A stretch of 64,000 bases of DNA from Promethearchaeota archaeon (GCA_019057795.1 JAHLWS010000069.1:20659-84658); one strand, 5' to 3'. Positions 30,846 to 40,002 are shown, counted from the stretch's first letter. Program-made: numbers and translations. The notes: generated by a model not told the origin, from the letters alone.

Positions 30846-30972
30846 TGAACATCTTCATAAAAACTCCAAGATGAGTTTTTATTTCTTCGATTTTTTCGCC
30901 AATTTTATTATATATCATTGTTATTGATGGTATTTCAACTACTCGACATAATTTTTCTTTTAATATAACATA
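30841..30972 (-). pseudogene. 3'-terminal remnant (about 43 codons) of a third HgdB-type dehydratase paralog
   Basis: My minus-strand translation is YVILKEKLCRVVEIPSITMIYNKIGEKIEEIKTHLGVFMKMFK*. It aligns with the C-terminus of 36617..37972 (YTMLREKVRRELEIPTTAITFNKIGENIEQMKTRLGAFMEMFK*). The frame closes at a stop at 31006..31008 and there is no N-terminal body. Confidence 0.75.
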
Positions 30973-31119
30973 TACTCTTAGAAGTTTTATTCTAATACTC
31001 GAATATTATCTCGGATTTGAAAATATTTATATTTCATGGTTTACTTCTTGAAATTCGAATTTTTCCGCAAACATAAGAGTTAAGCAAGATTTAATTGTAT
31101 ATAAAATGTATTATAAACC

Positions 31120-31139
31120 AAGAAAATGAAAATATGAAA
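31120..31139. repeat. Direct repeat copy B1 (AAGAAAATGAAAATATGAAA), about 15-30 nt upstream of the ddl-like start
   Basis: Exact 20-mer that recurs at 33322..33341. Confidence 0.85.
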
Positions 31140-31152
31140 AAATCTGATCAAG

Positions 31153-32139
31153 ATGACTAAGGAAAAAATAAAAATTTGCGTACTTGAGAAAAAACGAGGA
31201 AATTTTTCAATACAAGAGAAATTTGCTAAAAACGAAAATATTATCGATACAACTAATCAAGAAGTAGAACATCATTTAAGTGCTTTAAATGAAGCGGGTT
31301 ATGATGTAAAAATATTAAAATGGAATGACAATATAATTTATGATTTAAAAAGTCTTGACATTGATATCGTATTTAATATATCCAGCATTGTTGAAACAGC
31401 TATTTTAGAAGAATTAGAGATACCTTATGTAGGGTCTGATGTTTTTGGATGCGTTATAGCAACCGATAAGGTTCTTACTAAAGACTTGTGGTTTAAAAAA
31501 GGATTACCAACATCACCTTATATTTTAGCAAGATCAAAAGAGGATTGTGAAATTTTTAAGAAAAACAAGCCATTTGATTATCCTTTATTTATAAAACCCT
31601 CTCAAGGGAGAGGAAGTTCTGGAATCGATGAATCCTCACTTATCTGTTCATATAACGAATTAATTAAAGGAGTTGAAAAAAGATTAAACACAATAAATCA
31701 ACCTGTTCTTATTGAAAAATTTTTAAAAGGTAGGGAAATAACATGTGGAATTATTGGTAATGGAAATCAGATTAAAGCCTTACCTTTATTAGAAATAATA
31801 CACAAGGAAAAGGAAAAATTCTTGACATTTAATAAAAAAGAGTTAGATGACGATCAATTCCAATGCCCTGCAAAATTAACTCCGAAACAGTCTAAAGAAT
31901 TACAGAAATTAGCTATTTCAGCATTTCAAGCGATAAATCTTAGAGATTATGGTCGTGTAGACATGATCTTATCAGAAGAAGGTCCTTTTTTATTAGAAAT
32001 AAATTGTTTTGCAGGATTAATGTGTACACCAAAAGATAAACCTCATAGTTACATGGGCTTTATGGCAATTGCAGAAAACAAAAAAAGTAGTGAATTCTTA
32101 GATGAAATTATAAAAGAAGCATTAAAAAGAATTGGATAA
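31153..32139 (+). CDS. D-alanine--D-alanine ligase-family ATP-grasp enzyme
   Basis: Ddl-type pattern: ILEELEIPYVGSDV, FIKPSQGRGSSGI, GREITCGIIGNG, YGRVDMILSEEGPFLLEINCFAGL. Confidence 0.75.
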   Translation: MTKEKIKICVLEKKRGNFSIQEKFAKNENIIDTTNQEVEHHLSALNEAGYDVKILKWNDNIIYDLKSLDIDIVFNISSIVETAILEELEIPYVGSDVFGCVIATDKVLTKDLWFKKGLPTSPYILARSKEDCEIFKKNKPFDYPLFIKPSQGRGSSGIDESSLICSYNELIKGVEKRLNTINQPVLIEKFLKGREITCGIIGNGNQIKALPLLEIIHKEKEKFLTFNKKELDDDQFQCPAKLTPKQSKELQKLAISAFQAINLRDYGRVDMILSEEGPFLLEINCFAGLMCTPKDKPHSYMGFMAIAENKKSSEFLDEIIKEALKRIG

Positions 32140-32181
32140 CTTTCGTTCAAACTAAAAACAAATTGTATTATGTGAATTAAA

Positions 32182-33267
32182 ATGCCAATACTTGAAATAA
32201 ATTTGAGAAAAATTAGACATAACGCAAAATTATTAAAGAATCTTTTAACTCAGCGAAATGTATCTATTATTGGAATTACAAAACTTGTCTTAGGAAACCC
32301 TACTATTGCAATGACGTTGGTTCAAGGAGGAATAGAGTATTTAGGAGATTCACGAATTAACAATATTATTAAAATGAAAAAAAATAATATTAGAGCTCAA
32401 TTTGTTTTAATTCGTATTCCAAGCATTACTGAAATTCCTCTTGTTGTTAAATACGCAAATTATAGCCTAAATTCAGAATTAAAGACCATAAGAATGCTTT
32501 CAAATGAAGCCGTTAAACAAAAAAAGATACATAATATAATTCTAATGGTAGATATGGGAGATTTAAGAGAAGGAATAAATATATTCAATATTGAATTTTT
32601 TGTCGAAGAGATTTTAAAACTAAAAAATATAAATTTAAGTGGAATTGGTACAAATTTCAAATGTTTTGGTGGTATCATCCCGACAGATGAAAATATGAAT
32701 GAATTTTCAAAATTAGTCTTTAGGATCAAGGATAAATTTGAATTGGAATTAGAATTTGTTTCAGGAGGAAATTCTGCAAATTTTAACTGGTTTAAATCGT
32801 GTAAAAACATTGGTGAAATAAATAATTTTAGAATTGGGGAAGCCATGTTTCTAGGAAAAGAAACGATAAATTATGAACCAATTCCAAATCTATATACAGA
32901 CGCTTTTAAGTTAATAACAGAGATTGTTGAGTTAAAACAAAGATCTGTAATCCCCAAAGGGATTATTGTATCAAATGCATTTGGGGAACGTGTCCAAACT
33001 TACCATAAAAAAATTAACAACGGTAAAAAAAGCGATATAATTAGAACACAAGCACTTTTAAATATAGGTAGACAAGATATTGCAGTAAAAGGATTAAATC
33101 CGAAAGAAAGTATTAATATTCTTGGAGCTTCAAGCGACTACTTAGTTGTAGATATAAGAGATAATCAATTTCAGATTGGACAAAAATTGCATTTTGATTT
33201 AAATTATGAAGCTCTTTTAAGAGCAATGACTAGTCCCTATATCCATAAGAAATTTATCGATATTTAA
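32182..33267 (+). CDS. Alanine/ornithine-racemase-fold PLP-dependent enzyme (YhfX/Orr-like)
   Basis: Type-III PLP barrel N-terminus with candidate PLP lysine in IIGITKLVLGNP, MVDMGDLREG, and a C-terminal beta domain. Confidence 0.6.
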   Translation: MPILEINLRKIRHNAKLLKNLLTQRNVSIIGITKLVLGNPTIAMTLVQGGIEYLGDSRINNIIKMKKNNIRAQFVLIRIPSITEIPLVVKYANYSLNSELKTIRMLSNEAVKQKKIHNIILMVDMGDLREGINIFNIEFFVEEILKLKNINLSGIGTNFKCFGGIIPTDENMNEFSKLVFRIKDKFELELEFVSGGNSANFNWFKSCKNIGEINNFRIGEAMFLGKETINYEPIPNLYTDAFKLITEIVELKQRSVIPKGIIVSNAFGERVQTYHKKINNGKKSDIIRTQALLNIGRQDIAVKGLNPKESINILGASSDYLVVDIRDNQFQIGQKLHFDLNYEALLRAMTSPYIHKKFIDI

Positions 33268-33275
33268 ATTTACAT

Positions 33276-33292
33276 GGGTTTATGATTTTATT
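33276..33292. repeat. Direct repeat copy A2 (GGGTTTATGATTTTATT)
   Basis: Exact match to 30829..30845. It lies 9 nt after the racemase-like stop. Confidence 0.85.
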
Positions 33293-33321
33293 CTGAATGG
33301 TAACGAAACACATTTTAGAAG

Positions 33322-33341
33322 AAGAAAATGAAAATATGAAA
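33322..33341. repeat. Direct repeat copy B2 (AAGAAAATGAAAATATGAAA)
   Basis: Exact match to 31120..31139. Confidence 0.85.
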
Positions 33342-33677
33342 TTTATTTTTATTACAGTAAGGATAATTTTTAGTTTATTAAAAAAAGTTCTAAAAAACAT
33401 CTACATAATTGTAGAATTAAAATTTGCCTCTTAATCTATATAAATGACGCAAAATTTTAAATGTAATAATTGATATAATAAGATAGGAAGAATTTTGCAT
33501 TGAAACTTAAAACGGTATTAATTATCTAAATATTAGAATATATTTTTGTATCCAATAAATTAGGGATATAATTAGAGCAACTGGTTATTCACTGTTATTA
33601 TTCTATCGAATTTTAATAATCACTACTCTGCAATCCAGTAAGTTTCTTTAATGCTTATTTCAAATATTGTTTGAAGG

Positions 33678-35432
33678 GTGTTTTATTCAATAATGATGAC
33701 TAACTCTTATTTAGAGAAAAAAAAAAATAGAAGAATTTTAACAGCATGTATAGGACAATGCGTGCATGTAGCAGGTACATATAATTTCATTCAAATTTCA
33801 AAACAGTTAGGTTATAATAATATATTTTTAGGACCTGCTACCCCTATTTCAATTGTTATCGATCAAATTAAAAAGTATGACCCTAACATTGTAGGGCTAA
33901 GTTATCGTTTAACGGCAGACACTGTTAGACCTTTACTAAATGAATTTTTTAAAAATTTTATAAAATTAGAGAAAAAACCAAAAAAATTATTTTTTGCTGG
34001 AACACCTGAAGTAGTTGAGATTGCAAGAAAATATGAAGGGTTCGATGAATATTTTGTTGGAGGGGAATCAAAATTTGAATTAATTTCTATCTTGAGAAAT
34101 GAGAAAGTAAAATCAGAAAGTAAAACAGAAATCCCTATGGACATTATTTCTCGAATACAATGGAAGAAACCTTATCCTGTAATTAGAGCGCACTTTGGAT
34201 TACCTAATTTCAATGAAACAATAGAAGGAATAAAAAAAATTGCTAAAGCTAAAGTCTTAGATGTTATTTCAATTGCGCCCGATCAAAATACGCAAGCAAA
34301 TTATTTCCACCCTGAAAATCAAGATAAAGAATTATCTGGAGCGGGCGGGGTTCCTTTGCGCACTCAGCAAGATTTCGAAAAGCTCCATCAGGCAAGATTA
34401 ACCGGAAACTATCCGATGTTAAGGGTATATGCTGGAACACGCGATTTCATTAAATTAGGAAAATTGTATCGAGATACAATTCAAAATGCTTGGGCAGCAA
34501 TTCCTATTTTTTGGTTTAATCAAATGGATAGTAGGGGGCCTTTAACTTTAAAAGAATCGATTAAACAGCATCTAAACGCAATAAAGTGGCACGGAAAGCA
34601 CAATATTCCCGTTGAAGTAAACGATCCACATCATTGGAGCCTTCGAGACGCTCCTGATGCTATAGCTGTTGCTGATATGTATTTATGTGGAATAATAGCC
34701 AAAAAATTAGGCGTCAAAAATTTTATAGCACAATATATGTTTAATACACCTCCATCAAGTTCACTTGATATGGACTTAGCAAAAATTCTCGCTAAAGATG
34801 AGTTACTTCAAACGCTAGCCAATGAGAACTTTACGATAATTAAGCAAGTTCGAACGGGAATAACAAGTTTCCCATTAGATTTGGATAAAGCAAAAGGACA
34901 GCTTGCTACAGCGACATTTGTTCAATTAGCTATTAGACCAGACATTGTTCATGTAGTTAGTTCTTCTGAAGCTAGTCATGCAGCTCGTCCAGAAAATGTA
35001 ATAGAAAGTTGTAAAATAGTGGATCAAGTCATAGATAAAGTTTATTCCTGTAAAATTAATATTATAGATAAAAAAATTGAGGAAAGGAAAGAAGAATTAA
35101 TAAGACAAGCCAAATGGATAGTTAATTTAATACCTCATCTAACAAAAAATGAAGAAGAAACGATAAGTCCATACACCAATTATGAAGTTTTAAGTCGACT
35201 CGTAAAATATGGTATATTTGATGCCCCACATTTAAAAAACAATAAATTTGCGTTGGGTAAAATTAAAACAAAAGTAATTAACGGTGCTTGTTATTCGTGG
35301 AATGAATCTCAGCAAAAAATTTACGATGAAATTGAAAGAATAAAAGACATTATCTTTAATAGCCCATTTAAAAATTTTTCTGATTCATTACAACAAAAAG
35401 AAAAATCCATCACAAAGGTGATGGATGAATGA
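33678..35432 (+). CDS. B12-binding-domain-like N-terminus fused to a large TIM-barrel-like domain (possible glutamate-mutase sigma+epsilon-like fusion); function unknown
   Basis: N-terminus ILTACIGQCVHVAGTYNF...IVGLSYRL...LFFAGTP follows the Rossmann B12-binding layout, with CVHVAG where DxHxxG is expected. Downstream motif order (VIRAHFG..., PMLRVYAGTRD, HNIPVEVNDP, LGVKNFIAQYMF) resembles GlmE/MutE as I remember it. The track start is GTG, and the ATG at 33693 is an alternative. Confidence 0.35.
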   Translation: MFYSIMMTNSYLEKKKNRRILTACIGQCVHVAGTYNFIQISKQLGYNNIFLGPATPISIVIDQIKKYDPNIVGLSYRLTADTVRPLLNEFFKNFIKLEKKPKKLFFAGTPEVVEIARKYEGFDEYFVGGESKFELISILRNEKVKSESKTEIPMDIISRIQWKKPYPVIRAHFGLPNFNETIEGIKKIAKAKVLDVISIAPDQNTQANYFHPENQDKELSGAGGVPLRTQQDFEKLHQARLTGNYPMLRVYAGTRDFIKLGKLYRDTIQNAWAAIPIFWFNQMDSRGPLTLKESIKQHLNAIKWHGKHNIPVEVNDPHHWSLRDAPDAIAVADMYLCGIIAKKLGVKNFIAQYMFNTPPSSSLDMDLAKILAKDELLQTLANENFTIIKQVRTGITSFPLDLDKAKGQLATATFVQLAIRPDIVHVVSSSEASHAARPENVIESCKIVDQVIDKVYSCKINIIDKKIEERKEELIRQAKWIVNLIPHLTKNEEETISPYTNYEVLSRLVKYGIFDAPHLKNNKFALGKIKTKVINGACYSWNESQQKIYDEIERIKDIIFNSPFKNFSDSLQQKEKSITKVMDE

Positions 35433-36535
35433 GGTTCTGCGTTATTGGAGCAGGAAATGGTGGCCGAGCGTTTGCGGCATATTTATCATCAGAAGGATAT
35501 CCTGTAAATCTATATAATCGCTCATATACCAGAATTTATGACATCAAAAAGAAAGGAGGAATAAAAGCAAAAGGGAAGTTAAAAGGCTTTTTCCCAATTG
35601 ATCTGATTACACAAAATCTAAATTTGGCAGTTAAGAATGTAGATGTTATTTTAATAGTAACTCCTGCTTCAGCACATAAAAGTATTGCAAAGAACATTGC
35701 ACATTTTTTAACAAACGATCAGATAATATTGTTGAATCCAGGTAGAATTTTTGGAGCTGTAGAGTTTAGAAGTATAATAGAAAAGGAAAGAGGGAATCTC
35801 CCTATTTTTATTGCTGAAACCCAAACATTACTTTTTACATCAAGACAATTGAAAAAAAATGAAGTTCAAATTCTTACAATTAAGGATTCTGTTAGTTTTT
35901 CTGCTTTTCCAGAGAAGCATACGTTTTTCATTAGTGATACATTGAGAGATGTTTTTCCCCAAATGAATCCTATTGATAATTATCTGCAAGTTACATTAAA
36001 TAACATGGGGATGTTATTGCATCCAACTCTCTCATTATTGAATGCTAGTGCTATGGATTATGGAAGAAAGTTCAATTTTTATGCACAAGGGGCATCTACA
36101 CATACTTGTGAAATTCTTGAGGCTCTTCAAATGGAATTCAGAAAGATTTTTGAAAAGTTAAATTTAAAGCAAATAAATTTTTGTGAATGGGTGGAGAAAT
36201 CTTATGGATTTAAAGCAAACAATATCTATAATGCTATTCAAAAAATAGAGGCATATAAAAATATTGTTGCTCCAAAAGAATTAATAACTAGATATTTCAC
36301 TGAGGATGTTCCAACTGGACTTGTACCTATGGCGTCATTAGGAGAATTCTTAGAAATTTCTACACCAATAATTGATTCTATAATAAATTTATCTTCGATT
36401 TTATGTGGAATTGATTTTAGAAAAGAGGGAAGAAGCATTATGAACTTAAATTTAGCTAGCCATATAACTAAACAAATGAAAGGAGAAGATATGTTGGGAA
36501 TACTAGAAAGTCAAAAAACACAAATCGATGCTTAA
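35429..36535 (+). CDS. NAD(P)-dependent octopine/nopaline (opine) dehydrogenase-family oxidoreductase
   Basis: N-terminal Rossmann MRFCVIGAGNGGRAFAAYL and C-terminal YFTEDVPTGLVPM (the Octopine_DH EDVPxGLV signature). Its ATG overlaps the upstream stop (ATGA). Confidence 0.65.
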   Translation: MRFCVIGAGNGGRAFAAYLSSEGYPVNLYNRSYTRIYDIKKKGGIKAKGKLKGFFPIDLITQNLNLAVKNVDVILIVTPASAHKSIAKNIAHFLTNDQIILLNPGRIFGAVEFRSIIEKERGNLPIFIAETQTLLFTSRQLKKNEVQILTIKDSVSFSAFPEKHTFFISDTLRDVFPQMNPIDNYLQVTLNNMGMLLHPTLSLLNASAMDYGRKFNFYAQGASTHTCEILEALQMEFRKIFEKLNLKQINFCEWVEKSYGFKANNIYNAIQKIEAYKNIVAPKELITRYFTEDVPTGLVPMASLGEFLEISTPIIDSIINLSSILCGIDFRKEGRSIMNLNLASHITKQMKGEDMLGILESQKTQIDA

Positions 36536-36586
36536 ATTGTTTTAATTTATGAAGATATTATTAAGCTTTAATTTCTTCTATATTAG

Positions 36587-36614
36587 GAGATTATATCTAA
36601 AATCTCTATTTTTT
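36587..36614 (+). terminator. Short hairpin (GAGATT-N8-AATCTC) followed by T6 in the convergent gap between the opine dehydrogenase and dehydratase genes
   Basis: Inverted repeat and T-run read directly from the sequence. Confidence 0.3.
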
Positions 36615-36616
36615 AA

Positions 36617-37972
36617 TTACTTAAACATTTCCATGAATGCACCGAGCCTTGTCTTCATTTGTTCGATGTTCTCTCCAATTTTATTAAAAGTAATTGCAGT
36701 TGTTGGTATCTCAAGCTCGCGTCTTACTTTCTCTCTCAGCATTGTATAACAATTTGAAATAGAATGACATCCAAACAATTGAAAAAATATAAGACCATCG
36801 GCATTTAATTTTTTTGCCACTCTCAAATATGAGTCAGTTAACGTGTCGTTATCACACCCAATCCCTGATACTGTTGCATTTAAAAGAAATCGAGCGTATT
36901 CTTCAACAGGATTTAAATGATTAGCCACGGGAATTTCCTCTGAGAATTTTATTACTTCCCAGTCAGCATAAATCGCTCTCCCGCCTAGTTCATATATAAT
37001 ATCGTGGGTTTTTGGTTCCCATCCTCCGAATATTGGCGTTACAAAAATACGCGGCATTTTAGACACATCCATTCCAATTCCCTTTCTTATTCTTTCCCGC
37101 ATTTCGTCTACGAGTGAAATTAAATTATCCCTATATCGTATCGAATTAGAATTATAGTCTTGAAATGTAAGGCTTAATAACGCCAGAATTTCACTAAATG
37201 TTGCTGGATTACACGGATAAAAATCAGAAGCACTAATATCGTAGATTATTGTTTTATAAGATTTTTTTACTTGATTACTAATTTTAAAATGCTCTCTCAA
37301 TTGATTATCCGTTATTGTGTTGCCAGTTAAATTCTCCAATTCTCTTATGGCGTTCGATACATTATCAGTTATAATTTCCAAAGCATTTCCAATATTTCTG
37401 GGAGGAATATCAACCCATATTTGCTTTGGGTCTTGATTGATTATTTTTAAGGATTCCATATATTTATTATACGCGCTACATCGAATTGTAACGTTGAGAC
37501 ATGCGTCTAAATTACGACCTTTGGAAATATGCGCACCAACTAAACTTTTCAACCCGTAACAGAAGTCACTTGAAATTCCATTCTCAATTCCAAGATCATA
37601 CATTTCGTTGTATTTTTTGTTAATCGTGTCAATTACATCCTCAATAATTCCGTCAACAATTTTACTGATTTCAGATATTCCAAGGTTCTTAACAAAACTT
37701 AAGAAGCTAGAAACATTTTTCCAGCCAAAAATACTAGACGCGGAGCCTAAGTACGCGAGGTATTTACTAATTTCAAAAGTGTGCATCCTTATCGGAAACA
37801 CTGGTACAGCACCTGCCGCGAAAGCTAGATCTGAAAATGCTAAGGATACTCCAACTAGCTTTTTTTTCTCTCGGAACTTTTTCCTTTTTAGATACTCTCT
37901 GCCTGTTAAAAGATTATAAGCCATTTTTAATACAGAACTAAAAGTTATTATTTCCTCAGCAATTAAACTCAT
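36617..37972 (-). CDS. 2-hydroxyacyl-CoA dehydratase HgdB/BcrC-family subunit, paralog 2 (beta-like)
   Basis: Family similarity to 29368..30678. It has an ATGA overlap with the upstream alpha-like gene and sits in an operon with an HgdC-like activator. Confidence 0.8.
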   Translation of the reverse strand: MSLIAEEIITFSSVLKMAYNLLTGREYLKRKKFREKKKLVGVSLAFSDLAFAAGAVPVFPIRMHTFEISKYLAYLGSASSIFGWKNVSSFLSFVKNLGISEISKIVDGIIEDVIDTINKKYNEMYDLGIENGISSDFCYGLKSLVGAHISKGRNLDACLNVTIRCSAYNKYMESLKIINQDPKQIWVDIPPRNIGNALEIITDNVSNAIRELENLTGNTITDNQLREHFKISNQVKKSYKTIIYDISASDFYPCNPATFSEILALLSLTFQDYNSNSIRYRDNLISLVDEMRERIRKGIGMDVSKMPRIFVTPIFGGWEPKTHDIIYELGGRAIYADWEVIKFSEEIPVANHLNPVEEYARFLLNATVSGIGCDNDTLTDSYLRVAKKLNADGLIFFQLFGCHSISNCYTMLREKVRRELEIPTTAITFNKIGENIEQMKTRLGAFMEMFK

Positions 37973-39108
37973 TTCATCATCTCCAAATACGCTTCTATTC
38001 TTGTTGAGAGCTGCCCTCGATTAGCTCGAGAATAGTCTCGCTCTAAATTCAATACTTGTATTCCTTTTTCTTGTAACTCATTTTTCAAGAAAGAAGACAT
38101 TAACGATATGTGGTCGCAAAATTTAATAATATGATTGAAAACGCCTAATTTTTTACCAGTTTTTTTTGTATAGTTCTTAGAATAATTATCAATCAAAGAA
38201 ACTTTTTGTTGCAAGAAGTTAGGTACTGAATGGTCTCCACACGTATTATTTTTAAATCTCAGCACCAATAAATCTAAAGGATTTTTGTTTGAATTTATCG
38301 AGTCATCATCTATAACTTGTGAATAATAGTGATTTCCAATCCATGTATCGAAATAAACAATATTTCCCCCTCCTTCTTCGATTAAATCAATTAGGTTATC
38401 ATTAATGAAGATAGAACATCCTGTAAATAAAATATCTTTAGATAAACCAAGGTTTTGAGGTGGATTGTTTTTTACTTCTTCAATGTACTTTTCTAAATCA
38501 GGTAGGAATGTTGGACCATATAATATTGCTTTTTGAATTATATTTAATTTTTCTGAGCCCAAAATCTCTAAATCATTAACTTGCGATATTTTTTTTTTAA
38601 AATCATTATACTTCTTAATACTCTCAAATAATTTTTCGTCAGAAATTTTTTTACCTATAATATCTTCAAGCTTCTCCTTTAAATTTTGTAGCTCTATCTT
38701 GAAATATTTTAAACTACTTTCATTAGTCATATATGGGACATAAAAATTTAAACGAGAGATATTGAAATATTTAGTTATTATTTCTGAAGCACAAATATCT
38801 GATACGCAGTGGTTTGAAACAATAAAATAATCCACCAAATCTAAAAATCTGTAGTTATTTGGTTTAGTAGAAAATAATCCAATACATGATTGAGCAAATG
38901 CACATGTAGATGGAGGTAAAAAATCGTGACTAGCTTCCATTAACTCGTCATCCCCTCCAAACATCATCCTTAAAGGAAAGAAACCCGCTGCATCTATCAA
39001 CTCTTCGGGGATATTGTCGTGAGCTAAAAAAGCAACGATTTTAACACCTTCTTGCTTTTTTTCTTTAAGAAATAACGAAAACTCTGGGAGAAGAATGGGA
39101 TCGGTCAT
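37969..39108 (-). CDS. 2-hydroxyacyl-CoA dehydratase HgdA/BcrB-family subunit (alpha-like)
   Basis: Same fold family: N-terminal IVAFLAHDNIPEELIDAAGFFPLRM and Cys-containing PPSTCAFAQSC. It is positioned between the activator and the beta-like gene. Confidence 0.7.
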   Translation of the reverse strand: MTDPILLPEFSLFLKEKKQEGVKIVAFLAHDNIPEELIDAAGFFPLRMMFGGDDELMEASHDFLPPSTCAFAQSCIGLFSTKPNNYRFLDLVDYFIVSNHCVSDICASEIITKYFNISRLNFYVPYMTNESSLKYFKIELQNLKEKLEDIIGKKISDEKLFESIKKYNDFKKKISQVNDLEILGSEKLNIIQKAILYGPTFLPDLEKYIEEVKNNPPQNLGLSKDILFTGCSIFINDNLIDLIEEGGGNIVYFDTWIGNHYYSQVIDDDSINSNKNPLDLLVLRFKNNTCGDHSVPNFLQQKVSLIDNYSKNYTKKTGKKLGVFNHIIKFCDHISLMSSFLKNELQEKGIQVLNLERDYSRANRGQLSTRIEAYLEMMK

Positions 39109-39222
39109 AATATTAGCTTGAGTAGTATGAAATTATCTATCTGAAAAGACTTATTTCCTTAAAAAAGTTTCCCGATTTAAAATATAGATAAAAATATTAA
39201 AATTAGCTGAAATAAAATTAAT

Positions 39223-40002
39223 CTAATTAGAATTGTTTTCTTGAGCTATTAAAGCGGCACCAATAGCTCCCGTGAGTTGAGGAAATTCGGGTGTTTCGAT
39301 GCCATATCCAAGTTCATCTTCTAAAAATTTTTTTACAGCAGGGTTTTTGGCGACTCCACCACAGAAAATAAGTTTAGGTCCTACTCCAATACGTTTTGCC
39401 ATTCCGGCAACTCTTCTCGCAATTGATTTATGTATGCCGCTTGCGATCTCTTCTTTAGAAGCCCCTCTCGCGAATAAACTTATTACTTCGCTTTCTGCGA
39501 AAACTGTACATGTTGAACTTATTGAAGCCGATTTGTTAGATCGTAAAGCTAAATCTCCAAATTGATCAATAGGAACTTCCAACGCGTGAGCCATGACTTC
39601 CAAAAACCGGCCCGTTCCTGCTGCGCATTTGTCATTCATTTGAAAGTCAATAACATTTCCAGTTTTTGCAGACATTACAATTGCTTTACTATCTTGACCC
39701 CCAATATCTATTACGGAATTAGCATCTGGAAAGAAATATTGCACCCCCCTAGCGTGAGCTGTAATTTCAGTCACTCGATCGTCTGCAAAGTCTACTGTAT
39801 TTCTTCCGTAACCGGTGCTCATAATGTGTACATCTTCCTTCTTCAAACTGTGTTTATTTAATATTTCATTAAATAAATTATGACCAATTCTTTTGAAATC
39901 ATATGTGGATCTTTCTGTTCGGTGATCAATTAACTTCCTATCGTTAATAAGCACTATCTTTGTTGCCAAAGAACCAATATCTATACCAATAAAATTCTTC
40001 AA
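39223..40002 (-). CDS. BcrAD/BadFG/HgdC-type ATPase (dehydratase activator, archerase)
   Basis: ASKHA-fold N-terminus IGIDIGSLATKIVL, DIGGQDSK, cluster-bridging Cys motifs NDKCAAGTGRFLE and STCTVFAESEVIS, and C-terminal GGVAKN. Confidence 0.9.
   Translation of the reverse strand: MKNFIGIDIGSLATKIVLINDRKLIDHRTERSTYDFKRIGHNLFNEILNKHSLKKEDVHIMSTGYGRNTVDFADDRVTEITAHARGVQYFFPDANSVIDIGGQDSKAIVMSAKTGNVIDFQMNDKCAAGTGRFLEVMAHALEVPIDQFGDLALRSNKSASISSTCTVFAESEVISLFARGASKEEIASGIHKSIARRVAGMAKRIGVGPKLIFCGGVAKNPAVKKFLEDELGYGIETPEFPQLTGAIGAALIAQENNSN

Noticed and set aside
32460-32846. 128-aa minus-strand ORF inside the racemase-like gene
   Set aside because: It is an antisense shadow ORF with no motif. 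The plus-strand gene has a coherent fold-type-III pattern.
36549-36749. 66-aa plus-strand ORF spanning the convergent gap and the 3' end of the dehydratase gene
   Set aside because: It overlaps a well-supported minus-strand gene and has a low-complexity hydrophobic translation.
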